Positions 41,074 through 51,705 of a stretch of DNA of 64,000 bases are shown one piece after another. The notes below the pieces were generated by a model. That model worked only from the letters and a program-made list of their open reading frames with translations, was not told the DNA's origin and ran no database searches. How positions within the stretch are numbered: the stretch's first letter is position 1; every line of letters starts with the position of its first letter. This stretch comes from Nitrospirota bacterium (GTDB lineage: Bacteria; Nitrospirota; Thermodesulfovibrionia; Thermodesulfovibrionales; Dissulfurispiraceae): positions 320,001 to 384,000 of the forward strand of contig CAVPZX010000002.1 in NCBI GenBank assembly GCA_963710375.1, written 5' to 3'. Position numbers and translations under genes: made by a program.

Positions 41074-41658
41074 TTAAAGTTTCCCTTTTGTGGTCGGCAA
41101 CCCCTTCATCCTCGGGTCAGAAGAGACCGCCTCGCTCAATGCCTTTCCGAAAGCCTTGAATATGGCCTCAAGAATATGGTGGAGGTCCCTTCCGTAATCA
41201 ACTATGATATGGAGGTTTATCATGGCATGGTTGCTGAGTGACCTGAAAAAGTCTTCGAAAAGAGAGAACTCCAGACCCCGCGCTGCGCCTTTTGGAAGAT
41301 TTACCTTGTATACCAGGTAGGGTCTGCCGCTCAAATCTACCACCACCCTCGCAAGGCTCTCGTCCATCGGAATCGTCGCGCTGCCATACCGCCTGATCCC
41401 TTTTTTATCTCCAAGCGCCTTTTTTATTGCCTCGCCGAATGTTATGCCAAGGTCTTCCATGAGGTGGTGATAGTCAACCTCAATATCGCCGGTAGCCCTG
41501 ACGCGCAGGTCCATAAGACCATGGAATGCGAACAGGCTCAGCATATGATCAAGAAAAGGGATAGAGGTATCTATGGCTGTAGTGCCTTTCCCACCAAACG
41601 TGAGTTTAATGGCTATGTCAGTTTCTTTGGTCTTCCTTTCTATCTCCGCAGTATGCAT
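41074..41658 (-). CDS. hisB: Imidazoleglycerol-phosphate dehydratase
   Basis: RKTKET, DYHHLMED, HHILEAIFKA, TKG. Confidence 0.96.
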   Translation of the reverse strand: MHTAEIERKTKETDIAIKLTFGGKGTTAIDTSIPFLDHMLSLFAFHGLMDLRVRATGDIEVDYHHLMEDLGITFGEAIKKALGDKKGIRRYGSATIPMDESLARVVVDLSGRPYLVYKVNLPKGAARGLEFSLFEDFFRSLSNHAMINLHIIVDYGRDLHHILEAIFKAFGKALSEAVSSDPRMKGLPTTKGKL

Positions 41659-42710
41659 TATTTTACCCCCATCGTTTTTTTTAAGGCCTCGATAAATAAA
41701 ACGTTTTCCTCAGGAGTACCGACCGTGACCCTTAGCGCTCCCTTTACAGCGGTGTTCATATTCCTTATAAGCACTCCTTGCCTGAGAAGTTTTTGATAAA
41801 CCACATCGGCATCATGGACTTTAAAAAAAATAAAATTGGCTTCGGAAGGATATGGACGCGCACCGGGAATGTTTAATAGCGCCTCATAGAGCCGTTCCCG
41901 CTCTGAGATTATCGCCTTTACAGGTCCGCTCAGCGAACTCCCCAGGAGTGCCGCCTCTGCCACCGCCTGTGAAAGAGCATTAAGATTAAAGGGAAGCCTC
42001 ACTTTGTCAATTTCCCTTATCAGCGCACTGTCCGCAACCAAATAGCCTACCCGTAAAGATGCCAACCCTATTTTGCTCAAGGTCCTCAAGATAACGAGCT
42101 GATTGTAATCCTTCATCATGGGAAGAAAGCCTTTCCTGCTCGAAAAAGGCTGATAAGCTTCATCAAGTACCACAATGCCCTTTGCCATATCGACAATCTT
42201 CAGAATTCTGTCTGAGGAGAAACAGTTCCCTGTGGGATTGTTGGGAGAACTGAGGAATATGAGTTTAGGCCTGTATTCTTTTATAGAGGCAGCCATCTTA
42301 TCCACATTCAGATCATAGTCCCTGTCCAGCGGGATGCCTATATGTCTTTCTCCCAGCGCCTGGGCAATAATGCCATACATGGAAAATGTCGGCACAGGAT
42401 ACAGTACAGGCCCGCCGAAGGTAATTATCAGGTAATAAATAAGTTCGTCAGAACCGTTACCTAAAAGAATGGCATCGGTATCGGTCCCGATTTTTCGTGC
42501 AATGGCCCTTTTTAATCCCTTTGCTTCGGGGTCTGGATAGCGGTTTAGAGTTTCTGCAGCAATCTTTTCAATTACACCCTTTGAGGCACTGAAAGGATAT
42601 GGGCTCTCGTTGGCATCGAGCTTAACGGCACAGCGGATATCGTTGGCCTGATAGGGCTGCAACGTCCTGATATTCTTACGCACAAGCTCTGAAAAAACCG
42701 GCTTTTTCAT
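41658..42710 (-). CDS. hisC: Histidinol-phosphate aminotransferase
   Basis: LDANE, GNGSDE, SPNNPTG, DEAY, RTLSK. Confidence 0.95.
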   Translation of the reverse strand: MKKPVFSELVRKNIRTLQPYQANDIRCAVKLDANESPYPFSASKGVIEKIAAETLNRYPDPEAKGLKRAIARKIGTDTDAILLGNGSDELIYYLIITFGGPVLYPVPTFSMYGIIAQALGERHIGIPLDRDYDLNVDKMAASIKEYRPKLIFLSSPNNPTGNCFSSDRILKIVDMAKGIVVLDEAYQPFSSRKGFLPMMKDYNQLVILRTLSKIGLASLRVGYLVADSALIREIDKVRLPFNLNALSQAVAEAALLGSSLSGPVKAIISERERLYEALLNIPGARPYPSEANFIFFKVHDADVVYQKLLRQGVLIRNMNTAVKGALRVTVGTPEENVLFIEALKKTMGVK

Positions 42711-42758
42711 CAGCTTTTATAATATAGAGCGCAAAAAGGCCTTGTCAATCGGCTAAAA

Positions 42759-42897
42759 GTGAATGGTGAATAGTGAATAGTGAAAAGTAAATAGTAGAAT
42801 CGTTGTTTTTCATTTCACTTTTTATTTATTGCTGCATTTCACATCGTACTATTTCTTCTTACTTTTTTCTATTCACTATTCACGATTCACTATTCAC
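42759..42897. repeat. Inverted tandem micro-array, 7-mer GTGAATA
   Basis: GTGAATG GTGAATA GTGAATA GTGAAAA GTAAATA ... TATTCAC TATTCAC GATTCAC TATTCAC; between divergent hisC and rpsU. Confidence 0.9.
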
Positions 42898-42969
42898 GTA
42901 TTGAGGGGGTTGATAAGAAAACCACGTTTTTTGTATACTTTTTAACTTGTTACCTATTTGGTCACTTTC

Positions 42970-42998
42970 TTGACAATAAATGGGTAAATTGTTAGAAT
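42970..42998 (+). promoter_or_regulatory. sigma70 promoter of rpsU operon
   Basis: TTGACA-N17-TAGAAT with extended TG. Confidence 0.7.
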
Positions 42999-43032
42999 CA
43001 ATGAAATTTCCTATAGAGAGGGGGGGATAGAG

Positions 43033-43233
43033 GTGCCCTCTGTTAAAGTAAAAGATATCGAATCACTCGAATCCGCGCTTAAACAGTTTAAAAAACAATG
43101 CGAGCGCGACGGCGTACTTTCGGATATAAAGAAAAAAGAGCATTACGACAAGCCGAGCGTAAAGAAAAAGAAAAAAGTTCTGGCTGCTCGTAAAAAAGCT
43201 GCAAAGCGCGTAAGAACGTTCTCGGCGAGGTAA
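43033..43233 (+). CDS. rpsU: 30S ribosomal protein S21
   Basis: [12 protein letters not shown]...HYDKPS; GTG start; upstream of yqeY-dnaG-rpoD. Confidence 0.93.
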   Translation: MPSVKVKDIESLESALKQFKKQCERDGVLSDIKKKEHYDKPSVKKKKKVLAARKKAAKRVRTFSAR

Positions 43234-43267
43234 TCTGCCCTTTCCTCTTGGGGCGGGGAGAGGCTTG

Positions 43268-43723
43268 ATGGAGACTATTCCGCAACGTTTAGATGCAGAA
43301 CTCAAGGAGGCCTTGAAGTCCCGCAACGAACTGAAGCTTTCAGTTATCAGGATGCTCAAGGCCTCTTTAAAAAATAAAGAAATCGAAAAGATGGGTTCCC
43401 TCTCCGATGAGGAGATCATCTCTGTTTTGTCGTCCATGGCAAAACAGAGGAGAGACTCAATAGAGCAATTCGCCGCAGCCGGCAGATCAGACCTCGCTGA
43501 AAAAGAAACAAAAGAACTGGAGATAGTCCGGTCTTACCTACCGGCACAACTTTCGCCTGAAGAGCTTGACAGGATTATTTATTCTGCAATCAGGGAATGC
43601 AATGCATTGACGCCGGGTGACATGGGCAAGGTCATGAAGATTGTTGCGCCGCTGACAAAAGGAACAGCCGATGGCAAGGTTGTCAGCCAGCGGGTTAAAG
43701 AGCTTTTAGGATCTGCCCCTTAA
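43268..43723 (+). CDS. GatB/YqeY domain protein
   Basis: KQRRDS..QF..AGR.DL, YLP.QLS, DMGKVM. Confidence 0.9.
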   Translation: METIPQRLDAELKEALKSRNELKLSVIRMLKASLKNKEIEKMGSLSDEEIISVLSSMAKQRRDSIEQFAAAGRSDLAEKETKELEIVRSYLPAQLSPEELDRIIYSAIRECNALTPGDMGKVMKIVAPLTKGTADGKVVSQRVKELLGSAP

Positions 43724-43790
43724 TACTTTTTACGGATGTTCTGAAAACGCCTGCCTGGAGCATTTAGTTGATTTTTTTATAGGGGATGGG

Positions 43791-45500
43791 GTGATGAATA
43801 GCGACCGTACAATTGATGAAATTAAGACAAAAATAGATATCGTTAACCTGATCTCCGAACACGTGAGCCTCAAGAGGGCAGGACAGAATTTTAAAGGGCT
43901 GTGTCCGTTCCACGCAGAAAAAACCCCCTCTTTCATGGTAAACCCTTCAAAACAGATATGCCACTGCTTCGGCTGTGGCAAAGGCGGCGATATTTTTGCC
44001 TTCACAATGCATTACGAGAACATGAATTTTCAAGAGGCGGTATCATACCTTGCAAGCAAGGCTGGAATAAAAATAGAACCTTTCAGGGACGGACCAGCCT
44101 ACAGCAAAGGAATCAAAGAAAGCATTTTCGCAATCCACAAAGAGGCGCTGCAATTCTTTAAAAACAACCTGAGTTCGTCCGGCAGCGCAAATGCATACCT
44201 CAGGGAGCGTGGCCTAAGCAGTGAGATCATAGAGAAATTCTCTATCGGTTACAGCACAGGCATGCGAGATCCACTTTTCAGCCATCTCAAGAATCAGTCA
44301 TTCACCATGGAGCAGATCAAGGCCTCCGGCCTTGTCTACTTCAGCGAAAACGGTGTCCATGATTTCTTTCGGGACAGGATTATGTTCCCTATTTTCGACC
44401 TTCAGGGGAGGCCTGTTGCGTTCGGCGGAAGAAAGCTCTCGACGTCTGAGAATATTCCAAAATATCTTAACTCCCCTGATCATATACTATTCAAAAAAGG
44501 GGAATCCTGCTACGGCATACACTTAGCAAAAAATACCATTACGCAAAAAGGTTACTCTATTGTAGTGGAAGGCTATCTCGATGCGATTATGTGTCATCAG
44601 CATGCCTTCAATAATACGATAGCGCCTCTTGGAACTGCTCTTACCGCAAGTCATCTGAAAAAACTCAAGCGGTTCTCTGCCAAAGTCCTCCTGCTTTTTG
44701 ACGGAGACCCGGCAGGGATATCGGCAACCAAGAGGTCGCTGGAACTTATATATACTGAAGGGATGTCAGCCAAGATCGTTACGCTCCCCGAAAAAGAGGA
44801 TCCGGACACCTTTCTAAGAAAGCACGGAGCAGACTACTTCAGGCAATACATTGGGAAAGCGGTTACCCCTGTGGAATTCCTGCTCAAATTATACGGCAAG
44901 AACAAAATGGATGGTGTGCGTTACGCCTTGTCGTTGATTCTATCCTGTCCCGATTCATTGCAACGTGAAGAAACGCTGAGGGAACTATCCAGCCTGTCGG
45001 GATATGACGAACTGACGCTGCGGCAGGAATTGAAAAACAGCAGGAAGCCGGCGAGCCATGGAGAGCGCGAAGGCTCCGGAATTAAAAACTACAGCGAACC
45101 AATAAGCAAAGAGGAAGAAATACTTTTGAGCATTATTGTCCTTGTACCGGAAAAACGTGATGACATCCTGCACAACCTTGATCCAGAAAGCATGGGTCCG
45201 TATTCCACGCGGGGACTGTTCGATAAGATCAAGCGTTTTCTGGCTGAAACCGGCAAGGGCAATCTGCTCTCGACTGATTTCATGGCACTTTGCAACAGTG
45301 ACGAACAGGCGCTCATCACGAAACTCTCTGTCGATTCAGAGATAGACACGGATAATATCAATGCAATGATAAAAGACTGTTTAAAAACAATCTCCAGAAA
45401 AGGGATCACCCGGGAGATCGAACTGGCGGAAAAGGCCGGCGATGAGAAACTTTTATTTTCTCTCCTTGGAAGGAAGAAAACTCTTACGGAAAGCCTGTGA
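43791..45500 (+). CDS. dnaG: DNA primase
   Basis: CPFH..KTPSF...CFGC zinc finger, KYLNS, EGYLD, DGD.AG. Confidence 0.97.
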   Translation: MMNSDRTIDEIKTKIDIVNLISEHVSLKRAGQNFKGLCPFHAEKTPSFMVNPSKQICHCFGCGKGGDIFAFTMHYENMNFQEAVSYLASKAGIKIEPFRDGPAYSKGIKESIFAIHKEALQFFKNNLSSSGSANAYLRERGLSSEIIEKFSIGYSTGMRDPLFSHLKNQSFTMEQIKASGLVYFSENGVHDFFRDRIMFPIFDLQGRPVAFGGRKLSTSENIPKYLNSPDHILFKKGESCYGIHLAKNTITQKGYSIVVEGYLDAIMCHQHAFNNTIAPLGTALTASHLKKLKRFSAKVLLLFDGDPAGISATKRSLELIYTEGMSAKIVTLPEKEDPDTFLRKHGADYFRQYIGKAVTPVEFLLKLYGKNKMDGVRYALSLILSCPDSLQREETLRELSSLSGYDELTLRQELKNSRKPASHGEREGSGIKNYSEPISKEEEILLSIIVLVPEKRDDILHNLDPESMGPYSTRGLFDKIKRFLAETGKGNLLSTDFMALCNSDEQALITKLSVDSEIDTDNINAMIKDCLKTISRKGITREIELAEKAGDEKLLFSLLGRKKTLTESL

Positions 45501-45551
45501 AGCACTATTCTTATTCTATAATTACTTATTACCTTAAAGAAGGAGGGAATA

Positions 45552-46997
45552 TTGAAAAAGCATTTTAATCTTTCCGATGATGACTTGGAAGAACATAATG
45601 CGGACTACACCGTGACCGGAATCGAGGAAATAGCAGCGATAGAAAGCACGGTTCCGGTGGATGCTGAAAGAATAAACGAATCTATCGAACAGGAGTATGA
45701 TCCGTTAAGGGCTTACCTGAAAGGCATAAGCATGATCCCCCTTCTGACCAAAGAAGGAGAAATTACAATTGCCAAAAAGATAGAAACTTGTAAATTCAAA
45801 ATATGCAGCACAATTTTTACCATACCTTTTCTCCTTGACAAGCTGGTAAGGCTTGGCAGGCTTGTGAAGAAAGGAGAAGCTCCGCTTTCAGAATTTATTC
45901 AGGACGGTGAAGACCTGTCGGAAGAAGAGATCCAGGTGGAGAAAGAACGGTTCTCAAAAATTACAGAGTCGATCAATGTCATCCTCAGCAGAAAAAAGAC
46001 ACAAGAACACAGACTTGATGCACGAATATCCCAGGACGACAAACTTCGCATTCTTAAAAAAATTCAGAAACTCAACTTAAAGAACGATGTAGTAAAGGCC
46101 TTTGCAGAGGAATTAAAGAAGATGTGGGAGCATGTTGAGCGCTACAGGACCTCCGATATAAAGCGATACAGGAGTGAGATCAAAATATTGGAATCCAGTC
46201 TTGGACTTCGCGCCACTGAAATAAGCAGGACCATCAAAGAACTGGAATTATCAGAAATAGAGCTGGCCCTCGCAAAGGGACAACTTATAGAGTCTAACCT
46301 CAGGCTGGTCATTAGCATTGCAAAACGGTATATGGGAAAGGGATTAAGCCTTGGGGACCTTATCCAGGAAGGCAATATCGGTCTCATGAGGGCGGTTGAC
46401 AAGTTCGAGTATCAGAGAGGGTACAAATTCAGCACCTATGCTACCTGGTGGATACGGCAGGCAATCAGCCGTGCCATAGCAGACCAGTCAAGAGTAATCA
46501 GAATCCCGGTACATATGATAGAGAATATAAACAAGGTCAATAAAATCACCAAGGAGTTTGTGCAGGAACTGGGAGTCGAGCCTACACCGGAAGATATAGC
46601 AAAGCGTTTAAAGATGCCGCTTGATAAGGTCAAAAATATTCTGAAAATATCTAAAGAGCCAATTTCTATTGAAACACCGATCGGCGACGAAGAAGATACC
46701 ATGCTAAAAGACTTTATTGAGGACAAGTCAAACCTCTCCCCGCTGGAACTGGTTATCCGTGAAGATCTGAAGGCGCTCATTGACAACATGCTTTGCAAAC
46801 TATCCCCCAAAGAAGAACTTGTCATAAGAAAGCGGTTCGGGATAGGCGAGGAATCCCCTCAGACGCTTGAAGATGTCGGCCAGGCATTTGATGTTACAAG
46901 AGAGCGCATCAGGCAAATACAAGTCAAGGCAATAAAAAAATTAAAAGCATCCCTCAAGGACCAAAAGTGGCTTAAGCATTTCCTCGGAAGCTCTTGA
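45552..46997 (+). CDS. rpoD: RNA polymerase sigma70 factor, RpoD position
   Basis: [43 protein letters not shown]; downstream of dnaG. Confidence 0.88.
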   Translation: MKKHFNLSDDDLEEHNADYTVTGIEEIAAIESTVPVDAERINESIEQEYDPLRAYLKGISMIPLLTKEGEITIAKKIETCKFKICSTIFTIPFLLDKLVRLGRLVKKGEAPLSEFIQDGEDLSEEEIQVEKERFSKITESINVILSRKKTQEHRLDARISQDDKLRILKKIQKLNLKNDVVKAFAEELKKMWEHVERYRTSDIKRYRSEIKILESSLGLRATEISRTIKELELSEIELALAKGQLIESNLRLVISIAKRYMGKGLSLGDLIQEGNIGLMRAVDKFEYQRGYKFSTYATWWIRQAISRAIADQSRVIRIPVHMIENINKVNKITKEFVQELGVEPTPEDIAKRLKMPLDKVKNILKISKEPISIETPIGDEEDTMLKDFIEDKSNLSPLELVIREDLKALIDNMLCKLSPKEELVIRKRFGIGEESPQTLEDVGQAFDVTRERIRQIQVKAIKKLKASLKDQKWLKHFLGSS

Positions 46998-47057
46998 CTC
47001 AGAGCTTAATTTTCTTATATAGTAAAAGACTTTAGACATTAGTTTCAAATGTTTAAA

Positions 47058-47133
47058 GGGCCCATAGCTCAGTTGGTAGAGCTACCGGCTCATAACCGGT
47101 TGGTCCCAGGTTCGAGTCCTGGTGGGCCCACCA
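47058..47133 (+). tRNA. tRNA with CAT anticodon, most likely tRNA-Ile2 (lysidine)
   Basis: GGGCCCA/TGGGCCC acceptor, CCGG-CTCATAA-CCGG anticodon arm, GTTCGAGTCC T-arm, encoded CCA; paired G1-C72 excludes initiator; C4-G69/C5-G68 fit Ile2. Confidence 0.93.
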
Positions 47134-47145
47134 TAGTTAAGAAAG

Positions 47146-47244
47146 CGTGAAACGTGAATCGTGAAACGTGAATGGGTAAGAGCCAAAGAAGAAAGTAGAT
47201 TTTGTGCTTCTGTTCACGACTCACGTTTCACGACTCACGATTCG
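47146..47244. repeat. Inverted tandem micro-array, 7-mer GTGAAWC
   Basis: GTGAAAC GTGAATC GTGAAAC GTGAATG ... TGTTCAC GACTCAC GTTTCAC GACTCAC GATTCG; 12 nt after tRNA. Confidence 0.9.
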
Positions 47245-47263
47245 TTCTTTATGGAGGGTAGAG

Positions 47264-48028
47264 GTGAACGAACAATTATTCCTGCTTATAGAACTTCAAA
47301 AGCTTGATACTGTCATACTCGCGCTGCATTCTAAAATTGATTTGATGCCCGGCACCATTGCTGCCAGTGAGGGGCCGCTAAAAAAATCCGAGGCATCTTT
47401 TGAAAACCTGAAGCAGGGCTTCGCAGCCATGGAAAAGAAAAAGAGAGACAGGGAGCAGGCTATCGAGGAAGTCAATCAAAAAATCAAAAAGCTGACTCAA
47501 AGGACCTCTGAGATTAAAAACAATAAAGAGTACCAGGCCCACCTTAAAGAGATAGAAAAAGCTGAAAAGGACCTTAAATCAGCCGAAGACGAATTGCTTG
47601 ATGCTATCGTGTCTATCGAAAAATCCTCAAAGTTACTCGCCGCCGACAAGTCCAGTATAGCAGAGGAACGCTCAAAGTTAGATGTGATTAAGCAGGAAAT
47701 AGAAAAGGCCATTGCCCTTGACAGACAAGAGTTGAAAAAACTTAAGGTTGCCAGAAAAAAATTCATTGAAAAACTTGAAAAACTGGACCCTGACATATAT
47801 GGCAGGTATATTGCCACCATGAAATCAGGACGCGGGCTTGCCGTTGTAGAGGCAAAAAATGAGATCTGCCAGGGATGCAATCTCCATATCCCGCCTCAGA
47901 TGTTCGTTGAATTGAAGAAAAATGAAGAGATAACCCTCTGTCCTCAGTGCAGACGAATACTGTACTATAATAATGCTGATGTTTCCCCCACAGAGGCTCA
48001 AGACGAAGGGCTAAAGGCTAAAGGCTAA
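47264..48028 (+). CDS. Coiled-coil C4 zinc-ribbon protein (DUF164, HP0958/CdsZ-like)
   Basis: L..LQKLD, NKEY.A...EI, CQGC...CPQC.RIL; GTG start behind GGAGG. Confidence 0.88.
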   Translation: MNEQLFLLIELQKLDTVILALHSKIDLMPGTIAASEGPLKKSEASFENLKQGFAAMEKKKRDREQAIEEVNQKIKKLTQRTSEIKNNKEYQAHLKEIEKAEKDLKSAEDELLDAIVSIEKSSKLLAADKSSIAEERSKLDVIKQEIEKAIALDRQELKKLKVARKKFIEKLEKLDPDIYGRYIATMKSGRGLAVVEAKNEICQGCNLHIPPQMFVELKKNEEITLCPQCRRILYYNNADVSPTEAQDEGLKAKG

Positions 48029-48125
48029 AGGCAAAGGGCAAAAATATAAAACGGATGGTTTCCATATTTTTTGGCCTTCGCTTTTTATTCTAACCTTTAG
48101 CCCTTCGCCTTTTGCCTTTTGCCCC
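48006..48125. repeat. Inverted tandem micro-array, 7-mer AGGCWAA
   Basis: GGGCTAA AGGCTAA AGGCTAA AGGCAAA GGGCAAA ... TTTAGCC CTTCGCC TTTTGCC TTTTGCC; contains upstream gene stop. Confidence 0.9.
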
Positions 48126-48192
48126 ATTTTTTCATTTTTCGCTTTTATTTACTTATAAATTAATTTTATGGTAAACTATCACCTATAACGCT

Positions 48193-49098
48193 ATGGAAGA
48201 CCATAAACTAAAAGTTTTTTGCACAGTTGCCGAGACAAAAAGTTTTTCAAAGACGTCTCAAATTATTCACCTGACCCAGCCTGCGGTGAGCCTTCAGATT
48301 CAAGCCCTTGAGGAACAATATGAAACAAAACTCTTTGACCGCTCGAGCAGTTCCATCAACCTTACTTCCGCAGGGGAAGTGCTGTACAGTTATTCCAAAA
48401 ATATCCTTGCTCAGTATGCCGAACTCGAAAAGGAAATAGGTAAAATAACAGGGCTTATCAAAGGAAGCATAACTATAGGAGCCAGTACAACCATAGGCAA
48501 CTACATTCTTCCCAGCATTGTCTTCAATTTCAAGAAGGCTCATCCTAAGATCAAAATGAGCATACTGATCAGAAATACTAACAGGGTGCTTGATCTCCTG
48601 ACTTCAGGCGTCGTAGACTTCGGGCTTGTTGAAGGTGAAACAACCAGGAGTAAAATTAAGGTCGAGACCTTGCTCACCGATGAACTTGTCTTCATAGTCC
48701 CGGCCATGCACCCATTGGCAAAGAAGAAGTCCATTTCAATCCTTGAACTCATGAAAGAGCCGTTTATTATCCGTGAGGAAGGTTCCGGGACCCGCCATAT
48801 AATAGAAAAGTATCTAGCATCACACGGAATTAAAATTTCCGATCTGCACATTGTCCTCGTTCTGGGTGGTACCGAATCAATAAAAGATGCGGTTGAACGG
48901 GGGATGGGCATCTCAATCGTATCGCGATGGGCTGCACGGAAGGAAGTACAATTCGGCACCCTAAAATACGTTACCGCCAAAGAAGACCGTATACAAAGGG
49001 ACTTCTCTCTGGTAATGCCGAAGAATGCAGTATTCTCTCACGCCGTAGATGAGTTCCTGACCTACCTCAAGGCGTACCCCTTCGAGATGCTGCTTTAG
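48193..49098 (+). CDS. LysR-family regulator (CysL-like)
   Basis: SFSKT...LTQPAVS.QI HTH; REEGSGTR. Confidence 0.92.
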   Translation: MEDHKLKVFCTVAETKSFSKTSQIIHLTQPAVSLQIQALEEQYETKLFDRSSSSINLTSAGEVLYSYSKNILAQYAELEKEIGKITGLIKGSITIGASTTIGNYILPSIVFNFKKAHPKIKMSILIRNTNRVLDLLTSGVVDFGLVEGETTRSKIKVETLLTDELVFIVPAMHPLAKKKSISILELMKEPFIIREEGSGTRHIIEKYLASHGIKISDLHIVLVLGGTESIKDAVERGMGISIVSRWAARKEVQFGTLKYVTAKEDRIQRDFSLVMPKNAVFSHAVDEFLTYLKAYPFEMLL

Positions 49099-50671
49099 TC
49101 AGTCCATTAGGGCTAAGCCAGGCAAAAAGATTATTCCGGTCCTCCAATTCGCGCAGCATAGCCATGTCATTGTCAGCGCCTTCAGCCATCGAGAGGAGCC
49201 GGTTGAAATTATGGATATGGCTGCACACTCTTCTTTCCGCATATTCGGATGCCCTGTCTTTCTCAATAAGGAATGGCCAATCGCTGGACTGTGCCAGCAA
49301 CATCTCTTTCGCCGCCTGGTTGAAGATCCGCTGCATCAACGTGGCCCGTCGGCCCACACTCTGACCTTTTTCCTTTAAGCGCGCCAATCGCCCTGACATT
49401 GAATGGAGGTGTCTGTAAAGATAATGGTTCCGTTCGCCTATCCAGACGGCATTGTACCCTCCTTCACCCCAGCTCGAGGGATGCAAAACAATATTATTGC
49501 CTGCCGAATATGCCGCATTGCATTCCCCTGGAGTGGCCAAACGAACGGTCCTGCTGTCAAACAATTTTCTCACCGTTATATCAAGCCAGCAGATCCCCTC
49601 GAACCACCAGTGCCCGAAGAGTTCCGCATCAAAGGCAGAGAAAATAACAGGGCTGAACCCATGGCCGCAGAGCCGCTGCACCTGAGATTCCATGCTCTCC
49701 CTGAAGTGGGCCGCATGCTCAATGGCCCTCTGCATCGCTATTACCCTGTCATAAGGTAGCTTTGCATCTGTAGCTCCTGTGACCCTGTAATACTTCATTC
49801 CGGTGAAAAGTTTCAACTCACCGGAATGAAGAAATTGATCGAGATACCCGGCAGGAAGGTCAAATCCAATGTCACGGTAGAAATCCCTGTAGTATGGGTC
49901 TCCGGGATAACCTTCCGTTGCACTCCATACCTGTCCGGCTGATTTAAAATCTCTGCCGAATACCTGTAACCCTGAAGGCGCACTCACCGGTCTAAAAATA
50001 CTGTGTTCCGGACGGGGGTCTCCAAGCAGTATGCCGTGTGACTCCAAAAAGAAATAGCGTATGCCTGCATCTTTCAGAAAAAAATCGACCCCCTTGAAAT
50101 AACCGCATTCAGGCAGCCAGAAGCCGGACGGATCTCTACCGAAATTTTTAATATAGCTCTTAATGCCTATGCCGATCTGATCTCTTACGATGTCAGGATA
50201 TGCTTCGAAGGCAGGCAGAAATGCATGTGTTGCGGCGGTAGCTACAATCTCAATGTGGCCTTCATCCTGAAGCTGCCTGAAAGCAGCGACCAGATCGCAC
50301 CCATAGCACCCCGTATATAAACTCAACACCGCCTTGAAGTGTTTATTATATAGCTCTGCCGTAGGTCCAAAGAGTGAACTTCCGGTTCTTACCACTTCGG
50401 CTTCGGAAAGCGCAATTAGATTTTCCATATGCCTTACAAACCGTTTTCTTAGAAGGCCGTCATTGAGCATTTCCGCCAGTGTCGGACTTATTGAAAAGGT
50501 AAGCTGCGGGCTTATCCCGTCATTTACCATCCGTTCCAGCATATCAAGCATGGGCACATAGGTTTCCCTTATTGCCTCGAAAAGCCAGTTTTCTTCAATG
50601 CAATACTCGTGCTCCGGATGTCTTACAAAAGGGAGATGAGCGTGAAGCAGGAGGACAAGCGCGCCGTTCAC
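49067..50671 (-). CDS. GH57 1,4-alpha-glucan branching enzyme (DUF1957)
   Basis: HAHLPFV, WLPECG, DAELFGHWWFEG, QSSDW. Confidence 0.9.
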   Translation of the reverse strand: MNGALVLLLHAHLPFVRHPEHEYCIEENWLFEAIRETYVPMLDMLERMVNDGISPQLTFSISPTLAEMLNDGLLRKRFVRHMENLIALSEAEVVRTGSSLFGPTAELYNKHFKAVLSLYTGCYGCDLVAAFRQLQDEGHIEIVATAATHAFLPAFEAYPDIVRDQIGIGIKSYIKNFGRDPSGFWLPECGYFKGVDFFLKDAGIRYFFLESHGILLGDPRPEHSIFRPVSAPSGLQVFGRDFKSAGQVWSATEGYPGDPYYRDFYRDIGFDLPAGYLDQFLHSGELKLFTGMKYYRVTGATDAKLPYDRVIAMQRAIEHAAHFRESMESQVQRLCGHGFSPVIFSAFDAELFGHWWFEGICWLDITVRKLFDSRTVRLATPGECNAAYSAGNNIVLHPSSWGEGGYNAVWIGERNHYLYRHLHSMSGRLARLKEKGQSVGRRATLMQRIFNQAAKEMLLAQSSDWPFLIEKDRASEYAERRVCSHIHNFNRLLSMAEGADNDMAMLRELEDRNNLFAWLSPNGLTKAASRRGTP

Positions 50672-51705
50672 TTTACGATAATGCTCCCGGAGCCTTTCTC
50701 CACCCTGCCGATGACCGAAAAGAAGAGGGAAGAGCCTTCAAAGGCTTTGATATGGTCCTCGCCAACGGTGAATAAAAGTCCGCCGGAAGTTTGCGGGTCG
50801 GAAAGCAGAAGCTTGCTCTCATAACTGACGCTGGAAGAAAAAACCACTTTGCCTTCGGAATAATCCAGATTTTTGTAAGCGCCTTCGGGGACCATGCCTC
50901 TGTCTATCATTTCCAGAACATGTTCAAGCACGGGTACGCGCGAGTTCTCTATAACAAAATCCACTGCCGCATTCCTGACCATGTTGTATGCATGGCCGAG
51001 AAGTCCAAATCCGGTTACATCCGTACAGGCAGTTGCGCCTGTGGAAGAAGCTAGGAAAGATGCTTTGTCATTCAGTGTTAGCATCCACTCAATCGCCGGT
51101 CCCATCGCCTCATCCGTAAGCTTGCGCCCTTTGAGTGCAGTAGCGAGTATGCCCACACCAAGAGGTTTAGTAAGGATGATCATATCCCCTTCAGCCGCGC
51201 CCGACACCTTGAGTATATTGTTCCTGTCAACAATGCCCATTACCGAAAGGCCGAATCTAAGCTCGGGATCCTCAAAACTGTGCCCGCCAATAAGCCGGGC
51301 ACCTGCCCTTCCAAGCGTATGCAACGCTCCCCTCAGTATTTCTTTCAGGACAACAGTCTCATAATCACATGACGAGAAACCCACTATAGCCATCGCAGTG
51401 ACGGGCCTTCCTCCCATGGCATACACGTCGCTGATAGAATTGTTGGCGCTTATGGCACCAAAGGTGAAGGGGTCGTTTACCACTGGGGTTATAACATCCA
51501 CGGTTTCAACGACTGCGGTATCGCCGATAAGAGTGATACCGGCATCATCCCCCGGGCCTATCAACACAACAGGAGAGTCCTTGCCGCTCCCGGGCGTGGC
51601 GTCCTCATAATCATGGAGCGCAGCTATTATCTGTTCCAGGTCCGCCGGACCCATTTTAGACGCTCAGCCCGCGGCCCTTACTTTTTCCGTCAATCGATAA
51701 TCCAT
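50668..51705 (-). CDS. selD: Selenide, water dikinase, selenocysteine-containing
   Basis: Manual extension of ORF: MDYRLTEKVRAAG-U(TGA 51664-51666)-ASKMGP; DDAG, SDVYAMGG, DVTGFGL, DPQTSGGLL. Confidence 0.95.
51638..51652 (-). other. Bacterial SECIS-like hairpin of selD
   Basis: GGGUCC-GGC-GGACCU stem-loop starting 11 nt 3' of the in-frame UGA, G in the apical loop. Confidence 0.6.

Noticed and set aside
47058..47244. tRNA as integration site of a genomic island
   Set aside because: No integrase follows, no duplicated tRNA 3' end was seen, and downstream genes are core.
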